This document shows, one piece after another, positions 41,461 through 54,800 of a stretch of DNA of 64,000 nucleotides. The position numbers and the translations under genes are program-made. The number at the start of each line of letters is the position of its first letter. Within the stretch, counting starts at the first letter, position 1. Source of the DNA: Eledone cirrhosa (Eukaryota). The stretch covers positions 124,001 to 188,000 of the forward strand of contig CAXHJY010000075.1 of NCBI GenBank assembly GCA_964016885.1, in the 5' to 3' direction. The notes under the pieces are model-generated. The model was not told the origin of the DNA. It did no database searches and saw nothing but the letters and a program-made list of their open reading frames with translations.

Positions 41461-42051
41461 TCAGGTCACCAGTTGGTGCTACTGGTAACATGTATCCCAG
41501 TACAACCTGTCTCTTAGTTGGCGACTAAACTGGCAACCCCACCAAGGTTTCTTGGTGAGGAGGGTGACTTTGGACATCCTGCAGGACTAAAAACAAAACC
41601 TGTCAAAGGAGCTCTTAAGAGTCAATGGCTATCCAAAATCACCGGGAGAGATGACCCCTTAGCCTTTGTCAAGGCAGAATTCTAGGAGAAGGAAAACTCT
41701 GATATAACACCGGCAATTCTGATGGTATCCAATGATGTTGACTTGTTCTTCTTTTTGGTAAATATCATCTTGGTTAAGAGAGTGGGACTGGCTTTGTGCA
41801 GTGCCTTTGCTCACTATAAAAGCTTCACGGCATAGTCATTGCTTTATATCTGGAGATCTCTCTGCACTTGTCGCCACATGGTACCATGGGCCCAGCACTA
41901 TGTGTCAATAATTATCACAAGTGTAGTGTTTGTACCAGAGTTTTCAAGTCGCTGGCTGGACTAAAAAGTCACACTCGTTCAGCGCATCGGTAGGGGTTCT
42001 CCTACATGGATATAAAGTAGTGGCCGTACTCGAAAACGAGTTGGCAGCCAC
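41461..42051 (+). mobile_element. Complete non-autonomous bipartite RTE element within (TATG)n
   Basis: Colinear with the reverse complement of 18306-18908. Confidence 0.85.
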
Positions 42052-42560
42052 TATGTATGTATGTATATAGGTATGTATGTGTGTGTGTATGTATGTATAT
42101 ATATGTATGTGTGTATGTATAAATGTGCGTATGTATGTATGTACGTAAGTATGTATGTATGTATGAATCTATGTATGTATGTATATATGTATATATGTAT
42201 TGTATGTATATATGTTTGTATGTATATATTGTATGTATGTATTGTATGTAGATATGCATGTATGTACGTACGTAAGTATGCATGTTTGTATGTATGTATG
42301 CATATATATATGCTTGCATACATATATGTATGTATGTATATATACATGCATACATATATGTATGTATGTATGCATGCATATATGTATGTATTCATATATG
42401 TATGTACATATGGATATATCTATATATGGATATATGCATATATGTATGTATTCATGAATGTATGTATGTATACATACATATATGCATGCATGTATGCATG
42501 TATGCATGTATGCATGTATGCATGTATGCATTATATATGTATGTATGCATGCATTTATGT
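42052..42560. repeat. Degenerate (TATG)n microsatellite
   Basis: Direct reading of the sequence. Confidence 0.9.
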
Positions 42561-42955
42561 ATTTTATTACGTATCAAAGTTTTAAAGTTACTAAGTACTA
42601 AGATTGAAAAATACCAAAATAAATGTTGAACTTTATAAATATTGAATTACTATATAATAGCATTAAGCTATTTTATATAATGATTTCAATTGTACAGATT
42701 ATTTCTAGAATTGTTAGATTGATGTTGATGTTGATGTTATGTGTAACCAAATAAATGTTTACTTCAATATTCTTAGAAATCTTTATTGAAGCAATTACAG
42801 CTTAGAATAATGATTTTAGCCATTCAGAAAGACATCAAGATACTTAACTTCATTTTAAATTTAGCATTTATTTCTTGGTGTCAACATTTTCGTCGCATTA
42901 ACGACCTGGTCATTGACACAGTTTCACTGCAACTTACTTCAAATATAAATATATC

Positions 42956-42988
<33 letters not shown>

Positions 42989-42991
<3 letters not shown>

Positions 42992-43170
42992 GGAGTAAGT
43001 AAGACCCCGACGGCTGAGCTCAAGCCGTTTCGACGGCTAATTAGCCGTCGAAACGGCTTGAGCTCAGCCGTCGGGGTCTTACTTACTCCTATTACCCACT
43101 CTACTACCCCAAGTATTGAGTACTTTGGTGCGTTATGGTCCACCTGGTTCCTTACCACTTTTCCTTCGCT
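42989..43170 (+). mobile_element. Tiny Naiad-terminus fold-back: perfect 104-bp palindrome plus ~78-nt tail
   Basis: 42989-43092 is self-complementary with no spacer; the right half and tail are homologous to the reverse complement of 44540-44665. Confidence 0.8.
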
Positions 43171-43273
43171 ATATATATATATATATATATATATACAAAC
43201 ATATATATATATGTGTGTGTGTGTGTATATATACATACATACACAACCAATTATATATATGTATGTATATATA

Positions 43274-43359
<86 letters not shown>

Positions 43360-43431
43360 AACATATATATATGTGTGTGTGTGTGTATATATACATACAT
43401 ACACAACCAATTATATATATGTATGTATATA

Positions 43432-43515
<84 letters not shown>

Positions 43516-43604
43516 AACAAGTAAGACCCCGACAGCAGAGTTCAAGCCGTTTCGACGGGTATTTCTGGACTAAAAAAAAAAAAAGAAAAAAAAATAGCCG
43601 TTAT

Positions 43605-44515
43605 ATATTGTTATACTTTGGGAGGGTCATGTTGCCAATAAGAAACACACGCACCAGCTGCTTTCTCTCCAATTTATTATAAATTAAATTATAAATTTAA
43701 GAAATTTATAAATTTCCGGTTGGTTGGTTCCACAACCGGATGGTTGTTCATATATTGTCAAAGTTCTTTCGTCACACATTCTGTGACCTCATGTAAAGAT
43801 AAGAATATAGTGTACATAGGTGAGACACCTCGTAGTATAGGAGAACGATTAAATGAACACTGGCGAGAGCTTCAAGATAGAAAAGACTCATCAGTACTCC
43901 ACCAACATGCTAAAATAGAACATAAGGGCAAATAAGAGAACATAGAAATAAAAATAAAATCTACTCACAGAAAAGACGCAATGTTTAGACAAATCACAGA
44001 GGCAATAAACATAAATGAACTCCAATCAAAATTAAATAGAAAACCTGAATGGAATAGCAACATCACAACTTACAATTAAGGACAAAATGAAAACACACAC
44101 ACGCACATAGAACAAACAACCAGCTAGTAACATGTAAATAAACAAATAAAAACACACACAGACACTCGGATGTGGCGCATGCGCAAACTAAGCACACAAC
44201 ACACACAAAAACAAGATGGCGTAGGACAGAACAAAGGAGAGGCACAAAACAAAGAAAAGAATCCCCGGTCACTGATGAGGTCACATAATGTGTGACGAAA
44301 GAACTTTGACAATATATGAACAACCATCCGGTTGTGGAACCAACCAACCGGAAATTTACAAATTTCTTAAATTTATAATTTAATTTATAATAAATTGGAG
44401 TGAGAGCAACTGGTGCGTGTGTTTCTTATTGGCAACATGACCCTCCCAAAGTGTAACAATATCGGTTTCAACACACGTTTTCAGATAAAGAATCTTGCTA
44501 AACAAATTCAGAAAC
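43605..44515 (+). mobile_element. Medium-sized fold-back insertion of the 33443-36748 PLE family
   Basis: Inverted arm 43605-43792, then a GIY-YIG fragment (YIGETPRSIGERLNEH), 3' UTR and the 53-nt tail. Confidence 0.9.
44268..44310 (+). ncRNA. Minimal type I hammerhead ribozyme motif
   Basis: GTCA-CTGATGA-G-GTCACA(TAATG)TGTGAC-GAAA-G(AA)C-TT-TGAC. Confidence 0.73.
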
Positions 44516-45038
44516 AATATATATATATATATATATACATACATAACAAAGAAAGTGTGGTAAGACCTAGGTTGACCATAATGCACCAGAGTACTGGATA
44601 CTTAGGGTAGTACAATGGGTAATAGAAAAAGTGTCAGGACCCCGACGGCTGAGCCACGGCCGTCCGGACAGCTAGATCCGAACTAAGCCAGCAGTATGGT
44701 TTAGATACTGCTGGCTTAATTCAGATCTTGCTGTCGAAACTTTGTATTTACCGTACCACTGTATAAGGTAAGGGAGCAATGACTTGATAACTGACTTAAA
44801 AACGATGTTGTCTTCAGTTACCCACCCTTTGCCTCTGCTGGAATCCGCTAGAGGGCGCCACGTCATAAGTTTCCACACACACACATATATATATATATGT
44901 ATATATATATATATGTAGGAGGTGAGTTTTATTGTAGCACAATAAAGCAATGCAAATATCGGATAAGTAGCACTCAACAGTTTATAGGACTGGAGTATAA
45001 ATAAAATCAAATCAAAAGATGGTTAAAAACGTTCCATG

Positions 45039-45109
45039 TATTTTATTATGCGCATTTCAAAAACAAATATCATCATGGGATGATATTTGCGTTCTCATCA
45101 GATAAAATA
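45039..45109 (-). ncRNA. Type I hammerhead ribozyme with palindromic stem III
   Basis: Minus strand reads TATTTTAT-CTGATGA-GAACGCAAATATCATC(CCAT)GATGATATTTGTTTTT-GAAA-TGCGCA-TA-ATAAAATA. Confidence 0.87.
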
Positions 45110-46557
45110 GGGAGACATGATCTGAAGCTTAAAAAACAAGTTAAAAAACAAGTGTTAAATCAACATATGAAAAATAAAATAAGATAAGAGAGATATATGA
45201 GATTGGAAAAAAGGAAAGGAAGGGGGAAAGAAAAGGTAAGGAATAGGAAGAAAAAATATAGATAGAAGAAAAAAATATAATAATAAGGAAAGGAGGACGG
45301 AGGAGGAGTATAAGAAGTAAGGATGAAAGAGGAGGAGAAAATAAGTGAGAGAGAGAAATAACGTTTAATACTAAGAAACACTGTCTCACAGAGAAAAAAA
45401 ACCGTTGTAAGATCATACATAATTTTTTAAAAAAATTAAGAAATTAAATGGTAATGTGGTTTATAAATGGTGATGCTTATGATTAAAGAAAAAGGAATTA
45501 AGAATACTATTTATTTAAGGTTTATATATTGAGGGGTTTAATAAGATGTGCGAAAAGGAATTTATTAAAATGTATTATTAAAATAAAATATATTAAGAAG
45601 ATAAGGTGAATGAAGATAAAGTTAAATGAATTATGAACTTAGAGGAATTAATTAGGGTCCAAGTTTGTTTCTATATATTGTAATAGGAAAAAGTAAATAA
45701 TAGATTTAATACGAGCATGGAAGGAGAGAAGAAAGAAAAAATTCAAATATATAACGTCAAAAAAATATGTTTACAAAATTTCTCTAATGGTAGTATTAGT
45801 ATATATTAAAAATAAAAATTTGTATGGCCGAGAATATAAGGAAAATGCTATAGTGAGTTATAAAATGAATTAAGAAGTAATTGAGAAGTAAAAGTTGCAG
45901 ATTAAAGATTAGAAATTTTTTTAAAAGTTAGGGGACCGCTAACGACATAGTATGAGTAATATTGTATAATATACTGAAATAAGGTAGAAAGATGGGTATA
46001 TTTGTAAAAAATATAAAAGTGTTTGAGAAAAAAAAAAGATTTAAAACTAATTAGGTAGTAAGATATTAGCTGTATACGTTATAGAAATCTCTATGGGATT
46101 TAAGCAAGCAGAGCGAAAATAAATCCGTACGTCTATTTATTATAGAATTAAAATTAGAGATAATGGTAAATTTCTCCGCTAGGCAGAGATTACATGTTCT
46201 GGATAGGGAAGAATTAGGGTAAGGAGAAGCGTTGCAAACCTTTCTCCAAGAAATGTTGTAGTTAATATTTTTGTCCTTTAAGGACCATATGAGTTCTGAG
46301 AGTGCTGTGTTAGTTCTTTTAAGTTGGTATTTAAAAGAAGAATTGTGATTATAAAATCTTGCCTTAAAGGAAGTGGAAGTGGAACCAAAATAGGTAAAAG
46401 AATTCGTACCAGTTATAACCTTACATTCATACACTACATTTTTATCAAGATATTGGTTACTAAGAGGACATTTAGTTCTAATAGGGCAATTGCAATTACG
46501 ATTAGAGAAATTACCAGAGTTATTAGCAAGTGACCCAATATTATTTATAGAAGGAAT

Positions 46558-46763
46558 GTGGTGGATTGGGCGGTGGATTGGCGGTGGATTGGCAGTATCG
46601 GTAGAGGGTCGGACGCCATGCTTTCCAGCATAGTTACGTCCCTTTACGATCTGAGTTCAAATCCCGCCGAGGTTGACTTTGCCTTTCATCCTTACGGGGT
46701 CGATAAAATAAAGTACCAGTAATGCACTGGGTAATTGCTGGCCTTGTGCCTAAAGTAGAAACA
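46558..46763 (+). mobile_element. Full-length SINE inserted in the Naiad ORF
   Basis: 18-bp TSD ATTATTTATAGAAGGAAT at 46540-46557 and 46764-46781. Confidence 0.92.
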
Positions 46764-48039
46764 ATTATTTATAGAAGGAATTGAATTGGAGAAGTTACTT
46801 ACGATAGGTGCTAAGGTTTCCTGATTTAGATTGGTATTATGAACATTCGACAAAGTTACGTTTGACGTCGTATTTAAATTTACGGAATCTAGCCTAGAGT
46901 TAACATTGTCGGGCTTACTATTGTTATTATTATGACGCTCAGTGTTGGATGGATATGATTTATTACTTAATATATTTATAACTTAGTATTATGTTTTGAG
47001 ATAATGTTAGAGATGTTGGAAGTGGTGGAATAAGAGAATTTAATTGTATGCTTATTAAAGATCTTACTATAAATATGTGAAGGAGGGAAGCATTTACCTA
47101 AGGCCCTAAAAAATAGTTTAGGAATATTACTAATAATAGATAGAGAAAAAGGAGGGTCGTACCAAATATTTTTATATCTAGGTCTTTTTTATGCCATTGG
47201 AATGCTTATAACTAACTATATTACTATAAGTTCCTTCATGATTGGTTTCTTTACTGTATTTAATTTTGTCAGGATAACCGGCTCTGGAAAGCGCATTGTT
47301 GTAATAATTGGCTTTAGCGTCAAAGATAAGTTTATTAAAAGATAGATTTGAGATTCTTTTTTCAACATTACTAACTATAACATTTTTAACGTTAATAGGG
47401 TGGTTAGATTTAAAATTAACATAATTTAGATTCTCATTGCCTTTATGGTAGGGGTAATATAGGCCGGTGTCAAGATTAAGGGATATATCCAGGAAGTTAG
47501 TTAGTTTGACGTTGTTTTCAAATTCAATTTTTAGGTTATGGTGCTTCAATAGATCAAGTATATTATTCTTAATAATATTAAGGGTAACTAAGTTACAGTT
47601 TAAGGCAGTAAAAAGAGCATCGTCACGATAAATTCCACCGCGAAGTTGAGGAATTTTCCGATTTAAAGAATTCAAAATAAAGATTCCAATCAAGTCCGTC
47701 AATTGCGCTGAATCCGACGAACCTATTGTGATATCAAAATTGTTGGAAGTATCAGATCTAGTCCAATATTCGTTGTTGAATTCCAGGATAGTTATTCTTG
47801 CGGTGAGAATCATGTACAGTTCATCCGTGGTGATGTCAGAATATTTAAATGCAAAAGAGAGAGCGTTGTTGAGGAGTGAAGGCGAAATAGAAGACTAGTA
47901 GCTGGCAATGTCAAACTGAATAATTTTTTGTTTGTTTTTATTATTCAGGTCATTGAACCAGTCAATTACATCAGATGTACCAATCCATAAATTTAAGTTA
48001 GAAATAGAGCAATTAGAACAAACCTGAACTGCCTGTTAG

Positions 48040-50765
48040 ACTAATCGCCCCCTCTAAATCCGATCTGGGGGTTGTTAGTAAATCCATCTTGGATAGAATT
48101 ATCCCACAGGTTCGTTAGAAAGGTCGTAGCCTCAGTGCATGTTTGCGCATCATCAGCTACGGCATACTCAGTTCTCCCCACAGTAGGTGTTGACAGCAAA
48201 TGCGCTGCCTGATCAGTGGAACCTGCCCCTTCCTCAAAAAGCGAAATAGTAAACGCTTCAATGCAGTCAGACGTGGACCAGGAGAAATAACGACGGTCAG
48301 GCGATAGTAGATGATCGATTCGATGTATGCGTTCATAATTTCTGCCCAACCTTTCAGGGATAGTTTCCTCTTGACTCATTTCTGTATGAGAAAGACCACC
48401 CTGCTCATTACCTCGTCCCATATTTTATTCATCTGGAAGCCTGGACCAAACCAGACCCCGAGCAATTTAACTGGATCGCCCTTCCAGTTTCCGACGATAC
48501 TGTTTGACGGCGTGGACCTGCCTCTATGGGCGGCGAGCTGTAGAGCCTTCCTGGTTAATTTTTGCACTTGTTACCACCTTCTACGCCCTGATAACCGACC
48601 ATCTCAATGTGTTTGGTGTTCTATACTCCCAAGTTGTCGACGTCGGCATATGTTGACACTTATCTCCAACATCCTAGTTTGCGCGAGTCACCTCTTAAAG
48701 ACTCCAATTTGTCTAGTAATGGCTCGAGAGTCAATACATACAAAATGGACGAGAAGAAACAACCTTGATGGAGGGAGTGCATGATGTTGAACGGTTCCGA
48801 AAGACAACCGTTCATTCTAACCACAATGCATTGCAGCGATCCATTGCAGCGATTCATTGCAGCAATGGATTCAGCCGCTGAAAACGGATCTGAAACCAGC
48901 TGTATAGAAGACTGCCGTCAAGTAGAGATGGTTGATCCTATCGAAAGCTTTTGATTGATCTAAGTTGATCAGAACCCCATCCTTGCCAGGTTCCTTAGCC
49001 ACCCTCTTTATATTGTATCACATAAAGTAGAAATTGTCGTGGATGGGTATGTTCCGGATGGAGCATGTTTGCACCTTCACAACCAGACCACCGACGACAA
49101 GCGCCAACCTCGTCGCAAACACCTTCATTTTGAACTCTGCATTCAGTAGAGTTATGGATGTAAAATTATCAATATAGTCCCTCTTGTTTGGATCCTTTTT
49201 CAGCCGTGCCAGCGCTCTTCGGCTCATAGAACTGGGAATTCACCCGTTCTGCAGCCTGTTCTAGAGATCACCAAACAAGTCTGGCATGTAAACGTAAAGC
49301 TTGTAAGGCAGACCATCCAAACCAGGTGATTTTCCCCTCGTTCAGCTAGTCATCGCCACCTGTATCTCAGAGGCTTTTATTGGCTTTTCGCAAAACTCCG
49401 CCTCCGTGAGCGAGAACCGCAACAAAACCTCGAGATATGCACTAAAGTCAATCTCGAAATGAGCGAAGTGCTGCGGAAAAGCCACCTACAACCTCTTGGG
49501 ATCGAGTAATATGCGCCCGTTGTGGTCCACCGATGACCGGATTGTGGATTTGTTGACACGCAGCACCTCTATCACTCGGGTCCATCGAACGGCCGTCATC
49601 TCTTCCTGCCTGAGATTATAGCTCTGTCAACGTAGCTTGTCGAGAGTCAATCTGGCTGCAAGTACGACAGTTCGATTGCCTTTCCTATCTTCTAGCTTTC
49701 TAACTAGCTCACTCTCTAGTCTAGTTTACTCTATAACTACTCCTTTCTACTCAAATTGCTCTTTTCAGGGCAAATCACCATTTGTTGTTGACGGTTGCCC
49801 CCATCAACTAATTAACTAACCTAATGTCTGTAGGCTTTGCACGTCGGAATGGACACGTTCAGTTTCTAGTAACAGGGTCCGTTTCTGGGGCCTATTGAGA
49901 TAGAGAATACACATCACAAATGTATGGTCTGTGTAAGCGACTACTTTAAATTATGGACGACATATGCTATATTTATCTTCTTACCTACAGAATACCCTAT
50001 CAAGATATAATCTGGAGGACCCGATGCTATGGACTTTGGCATATTCCGGAAATTCACCCGATACCTGTCAGTCAGTGAGAAAGGTCTGAACAGATTTGTG
50101 ATGTTTTTACACCCTCCACCCCTATCTGCAAATCTCCGGCTGTAACCCTAGCGGCACGAGAGTAAGTTCGCCACTTCTGAGGAAAACTATGGAGGGAGAT
50201 TTTGCTTCCTGATTGGGGGTGTAGCAAATAAAACACCCACCGACGAAAATCGTTTGCTTCGTGTGATATGTGTTTTGCGTGCCCACACACCACACAAAGC
50301 TTTTTGAATTTGGGCTTCGGCGGCCCACTCAACTCGACGGGATTTAGCCTCAATGTCACTGTATAACGAAGCTGGTTTTCCATCCCATCGCATATAGGTT
50401 TAGGGTGACCTTGCGGCCCTTCTTTCCCACCATTTTCTTTCCCTCAGTTAATTCTTCGTCTTTAGTGTTTATATTTTCAAAATTTTTTGGCTGCCACTTC
50501 GAAGGAAGTGTCTGGCAGGTTGGGTAGTGTCGTTATTAAATTGTTGGCAATGGCTTCCGTTATTCTCAGAACCGTGTCGCTATTGTTTGACACTTTGGCT
50601 GGCTTGCTGGCTGGCTGGCTGGCTGGCTGGCTAGTCAACCCAGTGCTTTACTGGTTTGTTGGTTGGCTAACTGCTTTCTCATTTTTGTTGTTGCTGTCAC
50701 TGTTACTGCTGTTATTGCTGCTACTGTTATTGTTGCAGTTGTTTCTGTTATTGCTGTTGTTGTTG

Positions 50766-50807
<42 letters not shown>

Positions 50808-51092
50808 GTGGTGGTGGTGGTGGTGGTGGTGGTGGTGGTGGTGGTGGTGCTACTGCTGCTGTTGGTGATGTTGGCGGTGGCGGCCTTGTTGGTTGTTTCT
50901 GTAGTGATGGTGGAGGTGTTGGTGGCGACGTTATTATTGTCATTGTTTTAACATTTATTGGGTGACACGTTTTGCACGTGCGAAATATTTTTGAACGCTT
51001 TTTTGAGAGTGGAGAGGGATGTTGCCCCAATTATTCAAGAATTATTTAATGTGTAAGGTGTCTTTAACATTGTAAAATTTGGGCGCTAGGCC
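48040..51092 (-). mobile_element. Old, internally deleted Tx1 LINE (copy d) with trinucleotide expansions in ORF1
   Basis: PVKLLGVWFGP, LYVLTLEPLL, ITLLNAEFK, and ORF1 AEAQIQKALCGVWARKTHITR, all matching copy a. Confidence 0.82.
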
Positions 51093-51097
51093 AATAA

Positions 51098-51520
51098 CAA
51101 TTGTTTCTACTTTTGGCACAATACCAGTAATTACCCCAGTGAATTACTGGTGTCTTATTTTATTCAGCTCGTAAGGATGAAAGGCAAGGTTAACCTCGGC
51201 GGGATTCGAACTCAGACCGTAAAGGAGTATAACTCTATGCTGCAAAGCATGGTGTCCGACTCTCTACCGATACTGCCAATCCACCGCCCTAAGAGACCAA
51301 TAATAATAATAATGGTTTCTTATACAGGCACAAGGCCAGCAATTGTTAAATCAACACCAGTGCGTGACTGGTACTATATTTTATCGACCATGTAAGGTTG
51401 AAGGGCAAAGTTAACCTAGGCGGGATTTGAACCTAGATAATAAAAGGCCGTAAATCTATGCTGCAAAGTATGGCGTCCGACTTTCTTCCGATACAGCCAA
51501 TTCACCGCCCTGAGAGACCA
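51098..51520 (-). mobile_element. Two head-to-tail SINEs separated by (TTA)n
   Basis: Both heads are preceded by GGTCTC on the minus strand; family central domain and 3' end. Confidence 0.88.
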
Positions 51521-51525
51521 ATAAT

Positions 51526-51527
<2 letters not shown>

Positions 51528-51582
<55 letters not shown>
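51528..51582. repeat. (TAA)n tract: tail or target of Tx1 copy a
   Basis: Direct reading of the sequence. Confidence 0.95.
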
Positions 51583-51583
<1 letters not shown>

Positions 51584-51826
51584 TTTTCTTTATTAACCAC
51601 AAGGGTTTACATAAAGTAGACATTAAGGACAGTACAGGACAATACAGGACGGTACAAATGGGCATTTCCGCGTGTAAAAAAAAACAGAGGATGAAATAAA
51701 ATAACAAAGAAAAATTCCCCAATAGGGGGGAGACTTCCGAGGGACATTTGTGGAGAAAGCCCATTAAAAGACCACAGTGGCCCTGACCACCAGGGCAAGT
51801 GCCCTCTCCAGTTTTCCACCTTTAAT

Positions 51827-54800
51827 TTACAGACACATACTCAGAGAAGGCCCATTCATTCGGGCCATACTTGCTTCTCTCACCCATCTTTCAACAAAAT
51901 GCTGGGAAGAGAGCACTTCCCTCTCTACCCTGATTTTCCTTTTCAAATGAAATTTGAAAAAGTTAATCAGGGCATCACCGAAGAGGTAAGTGCTCGTCTT
52001 CAGCCCTTTCAAACGTGTCCACCATACTATCTCTTTCGCCATGGCCACCAGACAGATAAAAACTGCCTGCCCTTCCAGGCTAAAGGAAGGGGGCGGGGCA
52101 ATCCTCACGATGGACTCAGCTGATAGCTGGATCCGTCCTACACGTGACAGCAGGTGTTCGACATAAACCCACAAGTCATCAATGCTCGGACACTGGACGA
52201 GTGCGTGCAGGACGGTTTCGTCGCCCTGTGCGCATCTCGGACATGCCCGGCTGACGGCACCTCCATGCCTGTAAAGTTTATCCCGAACTGGCAAAGCACT
52301 CCGATAGCACTGCCAGGCCAGGGATTTCTGGAAGTTGTCCATAGGCCCCGGCCCGAAAGTCCTTCCGAAGAGATTGGCTAGTTGATTTTCGTCGACGCCT
52401 AGAGTTTCTCCAAGTACGTTGTCGCTCTTCCCCTCCACTAATCCCCTATAGAACGCCAAGGTGGAGTTTCCACCGATCACATTGCCCGATTGGTCGAGGG
52501 CTGTGAGCGCCTGAAGACATTCCAGTCTCCAAGCGCTCCCTCTCGGTCTTCGCTTGACCCAGGACTGCAGCTCCGTCAAGGAGACGAGCTGGGGAAAAAC
52601 GTGTCTAGCAAACGGCGACCACACCTGATCACCGTCGAGGAAGAGGTGGAGATGTCGTAGCCTGAGCGCGTATCTGCGCATCAACAACCACGGCATGCCC
52701 AGCCCTCCACGTAGCGGGTGTTGACAGCAGATGGACGGCCTGACCATCGGAGCGCGTCCCTTCCACAAGAAGCGAAAGAGCAAACGCTCCAGCGCAGTCA
52801 GGCGGGGCTTAGGACAAGGTACGATGGTCAGGCGATAGTAGATGACGGACGCGATGTACGCGTTAGCCACCTCCGCTCGACCTTTCAGGGATAGCTTCCT
52901 CTCGGCCCATTTCTGGGTGAGAGAAGCCACCCTGCTCGTCACCTCGTCCCAGTTTTTGTCCGTCTGGAGGTCTGGACCGAACCAGACCCCTAGCAATTTA
53001 ACCGGTCCGTCCGTCCAGCGCCCGACGACGCTGTTGGACGGCAAGGACCTGCCTCTCCAGGTGCCTAGCTGCAGGCCCACTGACTTTTCCTGGTTGATCA
53101 TTACTCCTGTCACCGCTTCGTATTCTCTTAGTGTAGTGCCGATCGCCTCGATGTGTTTGGCGTTCGACACCACTACGGTGACATCGTCGGCATATACTGA
53201 CACGGATCTTCCGCATCCTAGTTCGCGCGGCACCCGCCTCAACGTCTCCAGTCTGTGCAGTAATGGCTCGAGAGTCAATACGTACAATAGGGACGAGAGG
53301 GGACATCCTTGGCGGACCGAGCGCATGATGTTGAACGGTTCCGAAAGGTGACCGTTCACTCTCACTACAGAGCAGATGTCGCTGTGCATGGCAGCGATCC
53401 AGCCTCTGAAGACGGGCCCAAAGCCAGCCGCCCTCAGGACTGCCGCTAGGTAACGATGGTCGACCCTATCGAAGGCTTTCGACTGATCTAAATTGATCAA
53501 AGACCCACCCGTGCCAGGTTCCCTAGCTACCCGCTCTACGATGTATCGCATGAGGTGGAGGTTGTCGTGAATGGATCTGTCGGGAATGGCGCATGTCTGT
53601 GCCTCTCCCACCAGACCACCAACGACAAGCGCCACCCTCTTTGCTAGCACCTTGGCCAAGATCTTGAAATCTGTGTTTAGCAGTGTTATGGGCCTAAAAT
53701 TATCTATGTTATCCCCTTGTTCGGATCCTTTCTCAGCAGCGCCACCGCTCCTCGGCTCACAGAGCTGGGAATTCTCCCGTTCTGTTGCCAGTTGCAGTAG
53801 ACGTCCGCCAAGAGGCCTCCGAACAAGTTTGGCATTTGTACGTAAAGTTCATAGGGCAGACCATCTAAACCAGGCGATTTACCCCTTGTGCAACTAGTCA
53901 TTGCATCCCGTACTTCAGCGGTTGTTATCGGCTTTTCGCAACACTCCGCCTCAGTGGCCGAAAGCCGCGGCAGTCCGTCGAGGTAGACACTAAAGTCCAT
54001 CCCTCGAACCGGCCCGCCACTGCCCCCGAACAGTTGAGCGAAGTGTCGCTGAAAAGCTTCACACATTTGCCCGGGATCGAGTAGCATGCGCCCGTCGTGG
54101 TCCACCAAAGACCGGATCGTGGCTTTGTTGCCACGACGCGCCTCCGCCACTCGGGCCCATTGAACGGCTTTCGTCCCCTCGTGTCTGAGAGAACGCACCC
54201 TAGCTCTGACAACGCAGCTTTCGTGCTTTGCATTGAAGAATTGGTCAAGGGCCAATTTCGCCGCAAGTACATCGGTCGCGATACCTTTGCTAAGCGCCTC
54301 GTCTAATTTTCTAACTAGTTCTCCCTCTGCTCTATTTTTCTCTATAGCTAAAGCCTTACTAAACCTAATGGACTCTATTCTAATTGCTCTTTTCAGAGCA
54401 AACCACCACTTGTTGTTGACGATGGCCCCCGTCAACGCCCGCTTAACTAGTTCGCTAATCCGGTCTCTGTAGGCCTTGCGCGCTGGTAAGGACGCGTTTA
54501 GCTTCCAGTAGCCGGGTCCTCGTCTATGAAGCCTATCTAAGTCAAGCACACACATCACGAATTTGTGGTCCGTGTAGCTGACTATCTTGAATTGTGGACA
54601 GCCTATGCTAGACCTATCTATTTCCCTACAAAATACTCTATCTAGATATGATCTGGATGACCCTATGCGATTTGTCCATATCCACATTGGTACATTCGGG
54701 AAATCCATTCGGTACCTGTCAGACAGTTCAAAACGTCTGAGCAGGTTGCTGAGACTCTTGCACCCTCCTTCCCTATCCACTAATCCCACACAATCCCAGC

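Larger units (their letters stand above)
44540..48030 (-). mobile_element. Naiad-type Penelope-like element, 5'-truncated; RT and GIY-YIG pseudogene ~46066-48030
   Basis: QFDI..Y.SIS, FDITIGSSDSAQLTDLIG, IYRDD, NFLDISLNL, YV..SNHP, CNC..KCPL, YFGSTSTSFKARFYNH, CNLCLAEK; long AT-rich 3' UTR. The 3' boundary is inferred. Confidence 0.87.

Noticed and set aside
43050-43078. GAAAC-stem-GTC as the 3' half of a hammerhead
   Set aside because: No CTGANGA upstream in the longer homologues; GAAAC is not conserved at 44660 and can instead pair with an upstream GTTTC
46066-48030. Selenocysteine recoding, reported for some Naiad elements
   Set aside because: The in-frame stops I checked are TAG, the conserved Cys positions read TGC, TGT or TAT, and I saw no convincing SECIS
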